Assembly (NCBI GenBank): GCA_963662435.1
Contig: OY759598.1
Span: 310,001-374,000, forward strand
DNA length: 64,000 nucleotides
DNA from: Dehalococcoidia bacterium
GTDB lineage: Bacteria > Chloroflexota > Dehalococcoidia > Lucifugimonadales > VXLM01
Direction: 5' to 3'
Notes under the pieces: generated by a model
What the model was told of the DNA's origin: nothing
Database searches by the model: none
What the model saw: only the letters and a program-made list of their open reading frames with translations
Part shown: positions 20,037 to 29,992 of the stretch, piece after piece
Layout of the letters: every line of letters starts with the position of its first letter
How positions within the stretch are numbered: the stretch's first letter is position 1
Translations under genes and position numbers: made by a program

Positions 20037-21644
20037 ATGACCGTTTCTCCTGACGCCCCGAAGGTGATTTTCACCGATGACGGTTGGGTCCTTAGCGCAA
20101 CCGAGCCGCCGCTGACCGTCGAGAAGCTTAAGGCCGATGTCGTGGACAGTCACGCATGGCCGGGTGGGGCACTGTGGTGGAGTATCGGCGATCACGAGAT
20201 TTACCACTACGAGACTGAGATTGGTGAGATCATCGGCTCGGAGATGGAGGGACTGGACGAGAGCACGTATTCATTCGTCCACTCCGGCACACCCGGCGTA
20301 ATCGGCAAGGTGGGGGCCAACGTCCGGGCGCTGATGGACGAGTGTGGAGGACCGGTTACGGCGTTGGCGAAGCTGTGTCGGGAGGCGGACATACCGTTCT
20401 TCCCACGAGTCAGGATGAGCAGCCACTACGAGATCGACCCTCGAAACCCGGCCTATGGGCGGTTCCGGCGGAACCACCCGGAGTGGCTCATCGGCGGTCC
20501 GGGCGAGGAGCTTGCCGTTGGAAGCCTGCCGTGGGGGCAGCGGACGGGCCTCAACTATGCGTTTCCGGAAGTGCGCGAGTACCAGAAGAGCATCATCTTC
20601 GAGACCTTCGAGCGCTTCGACGTGGATGGCGTGGAGCTGGACTTCATGCGGCACCCGGGAGTGTTCCGATCCGATGAGGCCTATCAGAACAGGTACCTGA
20701 TGACGGACCTGATCGAATCGGTGCATCGCCGCCTCAAGGAAGTGGGCGACGAGAGGGGCAGAGAGCTGCCGTTGGCTGTTCGCGTCCCTCCGACAATGGC
20801 CGACTCCGTGCGGATTGGCCTCGACGTGGAGCGCTGGATCCGAGATGGGCTCGTGGACATTGTGTCGGTTGGAGGAGGCTTCATACCGTTCGACACTCCG
20901 ATCAGGGAGTTTGTCGAGGCCGCGAAGGGTACGGGGTGTCTCATCTATGGTTGTATCGAGGCGACAAGGCACATTGACGACGATGCCATCCGAGCGCTCG
21001 CGGCGAAGTGGCTGAGTCACGGGGCGGCGGGAGTGTACCTGTACAACTTCTACACCATCTATCCCGAATGGAATAAGAGGATGGTGGAGGAGGTCTCAGA
21101 CCCAAGCCGCCTTGAGCGATTGAATAAGCGTTACGAGTTGGGCCAGGCCGGGCCGCTCTATCCATCCAGAGGACATGGCGGGGCGTTTCGTTATGGGTCG
21201 CCCTCGACATCCCTGCCGGTCACGCTGCGTTCCACTTCGGACGGAAGCGGACCGGAGTTTTCCATGGAGATAGTCGACGACCTGGAGTCGGCAATCGCGG
21301 ACGGCGCTCTCGAAGGGTGCCGCCTGACGTTGAGGTTTGAAGACATTGGGGCCACGGATGAGATCGAGGTCACGATCAACGGGACGACGCTCCCAAGGCA
21401 GTCGGGAGCCGACGCAGTTGACGGGTGGACACGATTGGGAATAACACCCATATTCTGGATGGAGTACCCCTCCTATCCGGAAGAGCGCAAGAACGAGGGC
21501 AAGGGCCTAACGTTCGAATTGAACGGGGAGACCCTGTGCAAGGGTGACAACAGTATCGAGGTCAGTCTCGTCTCGGCCAATGGAGATTCGGGGCGAACAG
21601 CAACGCTCAGTCACGTCGAGTTGGAAGTAGTCTATAGGCAGTAG
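20037..21644 (+). CDS. GHL10/DUF187-like TIM-barrel protein, paralogue type B
   Basis: LNYAFPEVRE...DVDGVELDFMRHP; similar to 29993-31549; GGAGG RBS. Confidence 0.72.
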   Translation: MTVSPDAPKVIFTDDGWVLSATEPPLTVEKLKADVVDSHAWPGGALWWSIGDHEIYHYETEIGEIIGSEMEGLDESTYSFVHSGTPGVIGKVGANVRALMDECGGPVTALAKLCREADIPFFPRVRMSSHYEIDPRNPAYGRFRRNHPEWLIGGPGEELAVGSLPWGQRTGLNYAFPEVREYQKSIIFETFERFDVDGVELDFMRHPGVFRSDEAYQNRYLMTDLIESVHRRLKEVGDERGRELPLAVRVPPTMADSVRIGLDVERWIRDGLVDIVSVGGGFIPFDTPIREFVEAAKGTGCLIYGCIEATRHIDDDAIRALAAKWLSHGAAGVYLYNFYTIYPEWNKRMVEEVSDPSRLERLNKRYELGQAGPLYPSRGHGGAFRYGSPSTSLPVTLRSTSDGSGPEFSMEIVDDLESAIADGALEGCRLTLRFEDIGATDEIEVTINGTTLPRQSGADAVDGWTRLGITPIFWMEYPSYPEERKNEGKGLTFELNGETLCKGDNSIEVSLVSANGDSGRTATLSHVELEVVYRQ

Positions 21645-21657
21645 GCTGTGCTGAGGC

Positions 21658-22764
21658 CTATCTCCACCACTCGTACTCGAGGCCCAGTGACCGGTCTTCG
21701 AGCGGCAGGTCAACTCTCTGCCCTCCGTTGGCGGATGAGACCTTGAGGGCTATTTCCGCTTCCAATGCCACGGCGACCCTGCGTCCGGAGTTCTTCGGCT
21801 CATCGAGCTCACCGGCGAGACAGTCCATGACGTCGGCGACGGAGTAGGTTGTCCCGTAGTGTCCCGTCTGGGGTCCCGGCCATGGAACGTCGACACGCTT
21901 GATTCCGCCAACGGTTTCGAAGTCCTGGGAGAGGGTCCATTGGCGCTGGTTGCTGTGGACCATTTCCCCTTTCGTGCCGCTGATGCGGAGCATGGGAGCG
22001 CCCTCACGAAAGTGCAGGATTGTCCCGACCTCACATACGAGAATCCCTTGTCCCGTAAATTCACTGCTGCCGGTTTCGAGAGGGGGCTTATCTGCCGTGC
22101 CGACTACCCAAGCGGGGGCACTGTCGAGGAAGTACGACCAGTTCTGGTGCTGTGCGCCGGGACGGAACGATGTTTCCATTGAAGTAACGTCTCCGATTGC
22201 GCCCGATTCCAAAAGCTCTCTGGCCGTGACGAAGGACGGGTGAGTAGTGGAGATTGCACCGCAATTCAGGGGCACACCCGCGTCCCGGCAGACGCCCACC
22301 ATCAGGTCGGCTTCGGCAAGGGTGTGGCACATCGGTTTGTCGGTGACGATGGCCTTGGCCCCGTTCTCGACGGCGAGGCGGACGAGCTCGGGCCGGCTCC
22401 TGGTGTTCGTGGCTATCGCCACTATGTCGAGCTTCTCATTCTCAAGCATCTCGGCTCCGTCCGTATATAGTGCGACATCGCCGTAGCGGTCACCAAAGGC
22501 CTTGAGGCGGTTCGGGTCGCGGTCGCAACCGGCTACGAGGTCGATTTCCGGTCGGTCGTGGAGTGCCTCTGAGTAGGAGGTGGGCACGCCTTTCGGGAGA
22601 TGTCGTTCGTAGAGATGGAACTGACGGTGTACGTCGAGCTCGGGGGTCGGCTTGTCTATGCTGTCTGCAGTGTCGATGCCCTGCCGGTAGGGCAGTCGGC
22701 CGGCCATGTCATACAGCAGCCCCATCCATCCGAGTCCTATCACGCCCGCCCTGTACTTGGCCAT
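21658..22764 (-). CDS. Gfo/Idh/MocA-family NAD(P) oxidoreductase
   Basis: GVIGLGWMG Rossmann motif, LDIVAIAT, TDKPM. Confidence 0.85.
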   Translation of the reverse strand: MAKYRAGVIGLGWMGLLYDMAGRLPYRQGIDTADSIDKPTPELDVHRQFHLYERHLPKGVPTSYSEALHDRPEIDLVAGCDRDPNRLKAFGDRYGDVALYTDGAEMLENEKLDIVAIATNTRSRPELVRLAVENGAKAIVTDKPMCHTLAEADLMVGVCRDAGVPLNCGAISTTHPSFVTARELLESGAIGDVTSMETSFRPGAQHQNWSYFLDSAPAWVVGTADKPPLETGSSEFTGQGILVCEVGTILHFREGAPMLRISGTKGEMVHSNQRQWTLSQDFETVGGIKRVDVPWPGPQTGHYGTTYSVADVMDCLAGELDEPKNSGRRVAVALEAEIALKVSSANGGQRVDLPLEDRSLGLEYEWWR

Positions 22765-22839
22765 AGTAGATTTCCTTTCGGTGTTTTGAAGGGTACCGAG
22801 GTAATTGGCCTAGGCGGTCACCGTAGAACGCCAAGTTAT

Positions 22840-22878
22840 CACCCTCACCCTAGCCCTCCCCCGCGAACGGGAGAGGGG
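22840..22878. repeat. REP-like hairpin family A (unoccupied copy)
   Basis: CACCCTCACCCTAGCCCTCCCCCGCGAACGGGAGAGGGG. Confidence 0.8.
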
Positions 22879-22907
22879 AGAATCATTATTTCAAAGAATT
22901 CGATCGG

Positions 22908-24497
22908 CTAGCTTGAGAATTCGTAGGGGCCGAGGTCCTGGTCTACGAAGCCCCGGTGGAAGTTCCTGCCCATGAGGTACTTGATGTCCAGTTCGACGTC
23001 CCGGACGCCGGCGTCCATCTTCAGCACGGTGTCGCGGTGGTCGAGCGTGATCTCCAGCTCGTTTTCGCCCTGCTGCGGCCAGTGGTCGCGGTCGAGCTTG
23101 AAGACGAACCAGTAGCCGAAGATGCGGTGCCTCGGAGACCTGAGACGGTACATCTGATTGATCGTTCGGAGAAGGTCATCGGGGAGGGTCTTGCCATTGA
23201 GCTTGAAGGTGATCTTATCTATTTCGCTGACGGCTGTCAGCATAACCCGCAGGTTGACCTCGTGGACGCGTTTCATATCTCCCCATCGTTCCAGGTCGTC
23301 TGAGATCGTGAAGGCGAGGGTCTCGGGTCTGCCCACATGAAGCGTTCTTGGGAGCTGCACACCCGGCTCGTCTTCGCGTCCGAGCGTGCTGCGCCGGGGG
23401 CTTTCAGACGGCATGAGGTATATCTTGTCGCGATAGTCCATGATGTCGGAGTAGGGGAGTTCGCGGAGTATTTCGTAAAAGTCGGGAGTGTAGGGCCAGC
23501 GCTCGTGCCAGTGTCCCATGTAGATGCCGTCGACGCCCTGCCGCCAGTAGTTGGTCGCTGCGGCGCGAATCATCTCGATGGTGCCAGATGCGAGGCGGTC
23601 GGTATCGACGAGGCTGTTCATGTTGGCGTACACACGGACTCCTGAACCCTTTGCGGCCTCCACGACGGGGCTGAAGTCCGCCATGGTGTTCAGCAGGTAG
23701 GGTGCGGCGGTCTCGGTCGCGACGAGGACATCGACGAGTCCTTGCTCGATCCATGTCGGCACGTCCAGACCGATTGCAAGCGACTCGTCGATCGAGGAGG
23801 GGACCTGAATGACCAGCTCCCTCTCTTCGCCGCCGGCCTTGACGGCCGTGTGGACTCGTCGAATCCAGTCGGTCATTATCTCCCGCCCCGCGTCGATCTC
23901 GTTGGGGTGGAAGTAGTACGGGTGGTGGACGAGACTCAGTTCAAGTCCGTTGACAGGGTATGTGAGGATCTCGTCGATGAGTGAGAACCGCTCATCGCGA
24001 ATTTCCTGGTGCTTGAAGTCGGCGCACTCGTAGCCTGGCCACTCAGGATCGAGGTCCCCGGCGGCGCCGATGTCCCACTGCTTGTTCTCGAACCGGAACA
24101 ACGAGCCCCGGGTATTGAGAGTTTCCTCGCCGTAGCGTTCGCCGCTCGGCATCTGTACGAGGAGGACGGGGTAGATGAGCATACCCTTTTCATGGGCGCG
24201 ATCAATCGCGATTTGGAGAGGGTTGTGGCCCGCGTCGATCAGGGCCCTGGCATTTTGGTGCGTCCGGCGCCAGATCGCGTGACTCCAGCGGTCGAGGTGA
24301 TGGCCCCACAGTTCTCCCACTTTGGTGTCGTAGAGGACCGTGCGCCCGTCGCCGACGCCGAACATCAGCACGTCCACGGGCGTCCCCGCAACCTCATCGA
24401 CGGCATGCTGGTACTCCTCCTTCTGCATGGGAGGTTCGTACATGTAAATGAGGGGATGTCTCCCATCGTGGTAGAACATGATGCGGGGAGTGGACAT
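22908..24497 (-). CDS. GHL10/DUF187-like TIM-barrel protein, paralogue type A
   Basis: Shares HDGRHP..YMYEPPMQKEEY start and DVEL..KYLMG..F.RG end with 16264-17865. Confidence 0.7.
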   Translation of the reverse strand: MSTPRIMFYHDGRHPLIYMYEPPMQKEEYQHAVDEVAGTPVDVLMFGVGDGRTVLYDTKVGELWGHHLDRWSHAIWRRTHQNARALIDAGHNPLQIAIDRAHEKGMLIYPVLLVQMPSGERYGEETLNTRGSLFRFENKQWDIGAAGDLDPEWPGYECADFKHQEIRDERFSLIDEILTYPVNGLELSLVHHPYYFHPNEIDAGREIMTDWIRRVHTAVKAGGEERELVIQVPSSIDESLAIGLDVPTWIEQGLVDVLVATETAAPYLLNTMADFSPVVEAAKGSGVRVYANMNSLVDTDRLASGTIEMIRAAATNYWRQGVDGIYMGHWHERWPYTPDFYEILRELPYSDIMDYRDKIYLMPSESPRRSTLGREDEPGVQLPRTLHVGRPETLAFTISDDLERWGDMKRVHEVNLRVMLTAVSEIDKITFKLNGKTLPDDLLRTINQMYRLRSPRHRIFGYWFVFKLDRDHWPQQGENELEITLDHRDTVLKMDAGVRDVELDIKYLMGRNFHRGFVDQDLGPYEFSS

Positions 24498-24531
24498 GTG
24501 ACACCTCTGACCTGGAGATTTGGGGATTACG

Positions 24532-24566
24532 AAAATCGGGGCCTCATCCCGTTGATGAGGCCCCGA
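24532..24566 (-). terminator. Intrinsic terminator after the ABC binding-protein gene
   Basis: 13-bp stem TCGGGGCCTCATC / GATGAGGCCCCGA followed by a T tract on the minus strand. Confidence 0.7.
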
Positions 24567-24607
24567 ATATTCAACCGGTTGAATTACCTTCCGATCGATT
24601 CAGCGTA

Positions 24608-27478
24608 CTACGAGCAAGACTGCGTTCCGCCCTGGTTGAAGGCCCAGCTGTTGCAGAACTCAGACCTGTTGCCGGGATGATTATAGTTATCCTGGCCGTC
24701 GTCGAAGAAGTACGCCCATGCTGTATGGCCGTTGTGGTCCTGCGCGTGGGTGAACGGCTGGCCCCTCATGTTATTCCTGTTGAGGAACAGGCCGATATGC
24801 GCGTTTGAGAAGGCCGAAATGTGCATCGCCAGCAGGTTCTCTGCGTGGTTGCGGTACATTCCCTTTCCTATCTCCACGCGACGCGGGTCAAACGTGGAAT
24901 TGCCAAACCCGGCGATTACGTCATCGTGGAGGGAGGCGAACCAGCCCGAGTGATCGGCCGGGAATGCGTCCGCGGGAGCCAGCGGCAGGAAGTTGGGATC
25001 GGCGACCGGCGCCATTCCTTCCGAACCTGCAGTCTTGTAGTACCTTGCGATCTCCGTGCCCGGGTAGAAGTAGCGCTCGTCAAACGGAATGAAGTTTGTC
25101 GTAAACCGCATCCACGGGTTGACCGTGTGGCGCGAAAGGTTCGTGTCTATCGTGCAGCACCCTTCCGCAGAGCGGAGCGCCACGTACCACTGTGGATTCT
25201 CGTCGAGGACGATCTCGATTCCGACTTCAGCAAGGTGCGACCTGACCAACTCGGCGACAATTGGTCGGCCATGTGAACCGGAGTATTGGAAAGTCAAGCT
25301 TACCCGCTGGCCATTGGGCAGTGTTCGGAACCCATCACTGTCCCGATTGTTAAGGCCAAGTCCGTCTAGCAACTGATTCGACTTTTCGAGGTCTCGATCC
25401 ATGTAGAGTTTGGTAAGCTCGTCATCGGCAGGGTTGTAAGGCGTGCTTGGATGAGGAACGCGGTTTTGGATTACGCCCAGACCCAGCTGAGCAGTCTCGT
25501 TGATTCCATTTCGATCGAGAGCATGCGAGAAGGCGATGCGGAAGTCCTTGGTGCGAATCAGCCGTCCGATTTCAGGATCCACGTTGTACGTTTGATTCAT
25601 GTGAAGACCGAGGTCGGCGCCACCCAGTGAAGGCCAACCATAGATGCTGTAGTCACCGCGTTCCATGTTCTGGATGTAGAGCGGGAGTTCCGGCAGGATG
25701 TAGTTCGTCGTCCTGCCGTCGGTCTCGCCGTTCATCGACCGGAACCGTACGGTTGCCTCGTCACCCGGAAGGATGATCATGACTACCTGGTCGGTGTAGG
25801 GCAGCTGGTTGCCCGCGGGGTCTACGAAGGGGAAGTAGTGGTTGCGCTCTGCCACCGCGATCTCGCCGGGCTTGTACTCGACGAAACAGTATGGGGCCAC
25901 ACAGCCCGTGGAACCGATTTCCGCGAAGGGCTCAAGCTCGAAGCGGGCAAGCTGGACATTCTGGGAGGCCCTCATGACTTCTTTCCAGTCCTTCAGGCCC
26001 ATTCCATCTGCGATCGCCTGGGCCTGTTCGGCGCCAGCGAACTTGGGATGGATCTTCTTCAGGTTCGGATGGCCGAACCAGCAGAAGCGGTTGGGGAAGC
26101 AGAGACTCGCCGTGTGAGTCTGTTCCATGAGGACCCAGTTCGGGGAATCGAAGGTGACCTTGAAGTTGATGTCGTCGACGATGCTGAACTTGGCCAGTTC
26201 CCCGGTGACAGGGTCGGTCATCTGCGGAGGATTATTCGGGTTGATATCCTTGTTGAAGTTGTGGTCCTCGAAGGCGAATCGAATGTCCTCCATGGTCAGG
26301 GGAACGCCGTCGCTCCACTTGAGATCACGCTTCATCGTGTAGGTGTACTCGCGGCCGTCCTCGCTGGCCGACCAGGTCTTGCCGGCTCCTGGACCGAAGT
26401 TGATCTCGTCGGAGTCGCGCTGGACGAATCCGAAGGAGATCCACTCGCCGGTGTAGGAGCGAATCTCGGTGATGCGGTACGCGCCACCGTACTCGCCGAT
26501 GCCGTCAGGACCGAGCACGACGCTCACGTCCTCAGGAACGGGGAGTCGCTCGCTGAGCGGAGGCAGGGAGCCTTCCTTGACCAACTGCGCGGACAAGGGC
26601 GACTCGAAGAACTGGTTCGGAACCGGGCCGGTATAGGCCGAATGGTAGAGCCAAGGGGTGCCCGGCGTATGTCGCGAGGCCGGCTCGAATGCCGATGAGC
26701 CCTTAGGCGGGCAGTCGGACACTTCATTGCCGCGAATGTAGCACGACGCCGGAGTCTGGATCTCCATCGCAATCTGCTCGACGCCCTTGATGGCTTCTTC
26801 GGCCTGCATAGCGGCCGTATCGGCTGCCATTGCCGCCGACTCAGCTGCCATTGCCGCAGTCTCGGCCTGCTTCGCAGCCGCATCAATAGCTGCGTTGGTC
26901 GCTTCAAGGGCACCATCCACGATCCTCTGTACGTCAGCCGCGGACACCTGGCCACCCACCGCGCCCTGGACAGCGCTGGCAACCAGGTCCTCAACGTCTC
27001 CGCGCGTAAGGCTTCCGGACAGGCCGGAAGCTACTTGCGACTGCACGATCCTGTTGATCTCAGCCGCGCTCACGCCCTCTGGGACGGACTGTGTAACGGC
27101 AGAGTTGATCAGGCTCGTGAGCTGCCCCTGGTCGATCTGCGGGGCAGGCAAGTTGCGTACGGAGTCATTCACGATCCTCTGGACATCCGCCGCCGAAAGC
27201 TGATCGCCTGAAGCGGACTGGACGATCGCCTCAACGTCGGCGCGCGTCAGACCAGGCTGTGAAGCCATTGCGGCCGTGATCGAGTCCTGTATCAATCCCT
27301 GGATCTCAGCGGCGCTCGCACCCTGTGGTGCGTTGCTCAGCGCGTCCTGGATTATCTTACTTACGTCGGGGGTCGGTTCCGCGTCCGAACTGTCGGACCC
27401 GCACCCAACCGCCGCCAACGCGACAATCGTTGTACTTGCCACCATTAACACTATCAGTCGATTTATTCTAGCTAACAC
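24608..27478 (-). CDS. ABC transporter substrate-binding lipoprotein (family 5) with repeat-rich N-terminal stalk
   Basis: Lipobox-like LAAVGC; LPPLSERLP...GEYGG, KWSDG.P.T.ED, GNQLPY.D, FRIAFS.ALDR; GTG start after GAGGAG (ORF track starts at 27511). Confidence 0.88.
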   Translation of the reverse strand: MLARINRLIVLMVASTTIVALAAVGCGSDSSDAEPTPDVSKIIQDALSNAPQGASAAEIQGLIQDSITAAMASQPGLTRADVEAIVQSASGDQLSAADVQRIVNDSVRNLPAPQIDQGQLTSLINSAVTQSVPEGVSAAEINRIVQSQVASGLSGSLTRGDVEDLVASAVQGAVGGQVSAADVQRIVDGALEATNAAIDAAAKQAETAAMAAESAAMAADTAAMQAEEAIKGVEQIAMEIQTPASCYIRGNEVSDCPPKGSSAFEPASRHTPGTPWLYHSAYTGPVPNQFFESPLSAQLVKEGSLPPLSERLPVPEDVSVVLGPDGIGEYGGAYRITEIRSYTGEWISFGFVQRDSDEINFGPGAGKTWSASEDGREYTYTMKRDLKWSDGVPLTMEDIRFAFEDHNFNKDINPNNPPQMTDPVTGELAKFSIVDDINFKVTFDSPNWVLMEQTHTASLCFPNRFCWFGHPNLKKIHPKFAGAEQAQAIADGMGLKDWKEVMRASQNVQLARFELEPFAEIGSTGCVAPYCFVEYKPGEIAVAERNHYFPFVDPAGNQLPYTDQVVMIILPGDEATVRFRSMNGETDGRTTNYILPELPLYIQNMERGDYSIYGWPSLGGADLGLHMNQTYNVDPEIGRLIRTKDFRIAFSHALDRNGINETAQLGLGVIQNRVPHPSTPYNPADDELTKLYMDRDLEKSNQLLDGLGLNNRDSDGFRTLPNGQRVSLTFQYSGSHGRPIVAELVRSHLAEVGIEIVLDENPQWYVALRSAEGCCTIDTNLSRHTVNPWMRFTTNFIPFDERYFYPGTEIARYYKTAGSEGMAPVADPNFLPLAPADAFPADHSGWFASLHDDVIAGFGNSTFDPRRVEIGKGMYRNHAENLLAMHISAFSNAHIGLFLNRNNMRGQPFTHAQDHNGHTAWAYFFDDGQDNYNHPGNRSEFCNSWAFNQGGTQSCS

Positions 27479-27583
27479 TATTTTCTCCTCTCCTGAATTG
27501 TGCTGTTCCAATGGTCGTCCCGACTAGGCGACACGACCAGATCATGCCAAAACGCAGGGCATACGGCCCCGCTGTGGAGCGAA

Positions 27584-27612
27584 ACTATAGAGAACGCGAC
27601 CAACATTGTCAA
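27584..27612 (-). promoter_or_regulatory. Sigma70-type promoter for the ABC binding-protein gene
   Basis: TTGACA-17 bp-TATAGT on the minus strand. Confidence 0.7.
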
Positions 27613-27886
27613 GAATCGGCGCGGACGTTCAGAAATCCTAATAGACAAGTCCTTTTGTTAACGGTTTAACTTGCGAGTGACTCCTCTCCTGACCGATCCA
27701 AATCGAATCGTGCGAGATCACAGTCCGGACATCCGGAGGATGGTTTCAATTAAGGGAATAGGTGAACGCCGGTCGGGAAGTGTCGTACGGGGAGGGGATC
27801 CGCATGGGTTCAGTGCAAGGGACTGTCTGAAGAGTCCGCCGGAATCGTTCGTGGTGTGTTTTTCGAACCCTGAGCGGTGCTGTCTC

Positions 27887-28053
27887 CCTTCGATAGGCTT
27901 TCAGGTGACTGCTTCGTATCAGCAACGTTACACGGCTATCTTCAGCCTTCGACAGGCTCAGGCCGAACGTTTTTTCCCTTACCTGCGGCCCCCGTTACTG
28001 ACATCCCTGCATGGCCCCAAACGCGGGGCGTAACGATGCTCAGGGTGAACGGG
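27887..28053. repeat. Degenerate copies of a third REP-like family (CCTTCGACAGGCTCAGG..GAAC)
   Basis: Related motifs near 27887, 27946 and 28036; related sequence at 37272-37344. Confidence 0.5.
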
Positions 28054-28057
28054 GTCC

Positions 28058-28993
28058 TTATTGGACGCCTTCTGAGTGACGGTATAGATCGTCCACCTCG
28101 GCGCGAGATGGCATTGCAGTTTGGACACCACGTTTGGTGACGGCGAGGGCTCCTGCCGCAGCGCCGTACCGGATGGCCTCCTGCATGCTGCGTCCCTCTC
28201 CCAAGGCCACGGCGAGAGCGCCGGTGAATGCATCTCCGGCTGAGACCGTATCGACCACCTCGACATCGTAGGCCGGCACGTAGCCCGTCTCGCCGTGGGA
28301 TGCCCAGTACACGCCCTGCTCCGCCATCTTTACTACGGCGGTACCCACCCCGCATTGCAGCAGGATTTCGGCCGCCGCCTGCGCTGAGGGGACGTCGTCC
28401 ACGACTATTCCGGTGTGATATTCCGCCTCGGTCTGGTTCGGCGTGATGATGTCTATGTGCTGAAACGCCTCCGGAGGGATATCGGAGGCCGGGGCCGGGT
28501 CGAGCATCGTCGTTACTCCCTGCGCCTTGGCCGCGCGCGCCGCGGACACCGAGAGGGTAAAGGGCACCTCCATCTGCAGGAGGAGCGCGTCCGCTCCCTC
28601 GAGCGCCGCCTCGACGGACCCGAGTTGGTCTTCATTGCACTGGAGGTTGGCGCCGTAGATCGCGAGCACGTGGTTCTGTCGCTCGGCATTCAGGACGATC
28701 ATCCCGACGCCGGAGGCATGGTCGGGGTCTTCGGCGACTCCGCTCACGTCGATTCCATCGTTCTTCAGTGCGTCAAGGAGAATTGGACCGAACATATCTT
28801 TGCCCACGCGCCCAACCATCTTGACGCTCGCCCCGAGTCTGGCCGCGGCAACTGCCTGCGTCGCGCCCTTGCCGCCGGACGCGGAATAGAAGGTCTGGCC
28901 GCGAAGAGTCTCTCCCGGCAGCGGAAGCCTCTCCGCCGTGCCGATCAGTCCCATGTTGATGCCGCCCAGCGCCACGATGTTCGGCCTAATCAT
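28058..28993 (-). CDS. rbsK: Ribokinase (PfkB family)
   Basis: GGKGA.QAVAAARLG, PNQTEA, DTVSAGDAF. Confidence 0.85.
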   Translation of the reverse strand: MIRPNIVALGGINMGLIGTAERLPLPGETLRGQTFYSASGGKGATQAVAAARLGASVKMVGRVGKDMFGPILLDALKNDGIDVSGVAEDPDHASGVGMIVLNAERQNHVLAIYGANLQCNEDQLGSVEAALEGADALLLQMEVPFTLSVSAARAAKAQGVTTMLDPAPASDIPPEAFQHIDIITPNQTEAEYHTGIVVDDVPSAQAAAEILLQCGVGTAVVKMAEQGVYWASHGETGYVPAYDVEVVDTVSAGDAFTGALAVALGEGRSMQEAIRYGAAAGALAVTKRGVQTAMPSRAEVDDLYRHSEGVQ

Positions 28994-29187
28994 CGGTATT
29001 TCCTGTAACTGCAATTGAAGTGTCCGGCGTTCTTTGCGGGGCTGGATTCTATCACGCGGGAAGGTAGAGTCGGGTCCTCCATACAACAGCGCTTGAGGAC
29101 TGTCGCATGCCTTTAGTTAGTCGTAGAGAATTTTCCCTGCGGGGACTGGTAGAATGCGAATCGACAACTTGGACCGGGAGTTCGGCA

Positions 29188-29967
29188 ATGCTGAGCGAAG
29201 ACCAGAAACAGTTCTTCGATGCGTTCGGATACCTCATTCTCCGAGGAGTATTCTCTGCCGAGGAGATGGAGGCGATCAAACGGGAATCGGACGAGATATT
29301 CAGCGAGGAATTTGGCGTGAGGCATCCTTCCGGGCGGGCGGCGCTGCAGCCGTTCTTCGAGCGCAGGCCATTCATGGCGGGGCTTCCCGCGGACGACCGG
29401 ATCTACTGCATCGGGGAGGACCTGCTAGGGCCGGACTTCTTCCTCATCGGAACCGAAGGGAACCTACACGCGGGAGATACTCTGTGGCACGGATCGGGGC
29501 TTTGGGACGAGGGCATCAAGTCTGTGAAGATCGCATTCTATCCGGAGAGCCTCACAGCGGCGACGGGAAGCTTGCGCGTGGTGCCCGGTTCGCACAGACG
29601 GAACAACCCTGACCTCCTTGAGCCGATTAGACACGGCAGCGCCAACCCCGAATCGAAGCCATTGGGTCTACGACAGTCGGAGGTCCCCAGCGTGGCGCTG
29701 GAGCTTCAGCCAGGCGACATCGCGGTGTTCACCGAGGTCATCCTGCACGCGGCGTTTGGCGGTCACGACGGCCGTCATCAGCACGCGATCAACTTCATGG
29801 AGAACCCGACCACCGAGTCGAAGGAGCAAGAGGTAAGGAGCTTCTACGAGGTATCTACCTTCTCGCTCCGGCCCTCTGAGTCCTACGTCAACAGCAGTAG
29901 TCCAAGACTACGCAGGATGGTGGCGAGGAACCTCGAACTGGGATTCGACATCATGAAGGGTGTGTAA
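29188..29967 (+). CDS. Phytanoyl-CoA dioxygenase (PhyH)-family Fe/2OG enzyme
   Basis: Q..FF..FGYLILRG, GSLRVVPGSH, PGDIAVF...LH; metal motif reads WHGS instead of WHxD. Confidence 0.8.
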   Translation: MLSEDQKQFFDAFGYLILRGVFSAEEMEAIKRESDEIFSEEFGVRHPSGRAALQPFFERRPFMAGLPADDRIYCIGEDLLGPDFFLIGTEGNLHAGDTLWHGSGLWDEGIKSVKIAFYPESLTAATGSLRVVPGSHRRNNPDLLEPIRHGSANPESKPLGLRQSEVPSVALELQPGDIAVFTEVILHAAFGGHDGRHQHAINFMENPTTESKEQEVRSFYEVSTFSLRPSESYVNSSSPRLRRMVARNLELGFDIMKGV

Positions 29968-29992
29968 CGGTACGGATACCCGTGAAACGAGA

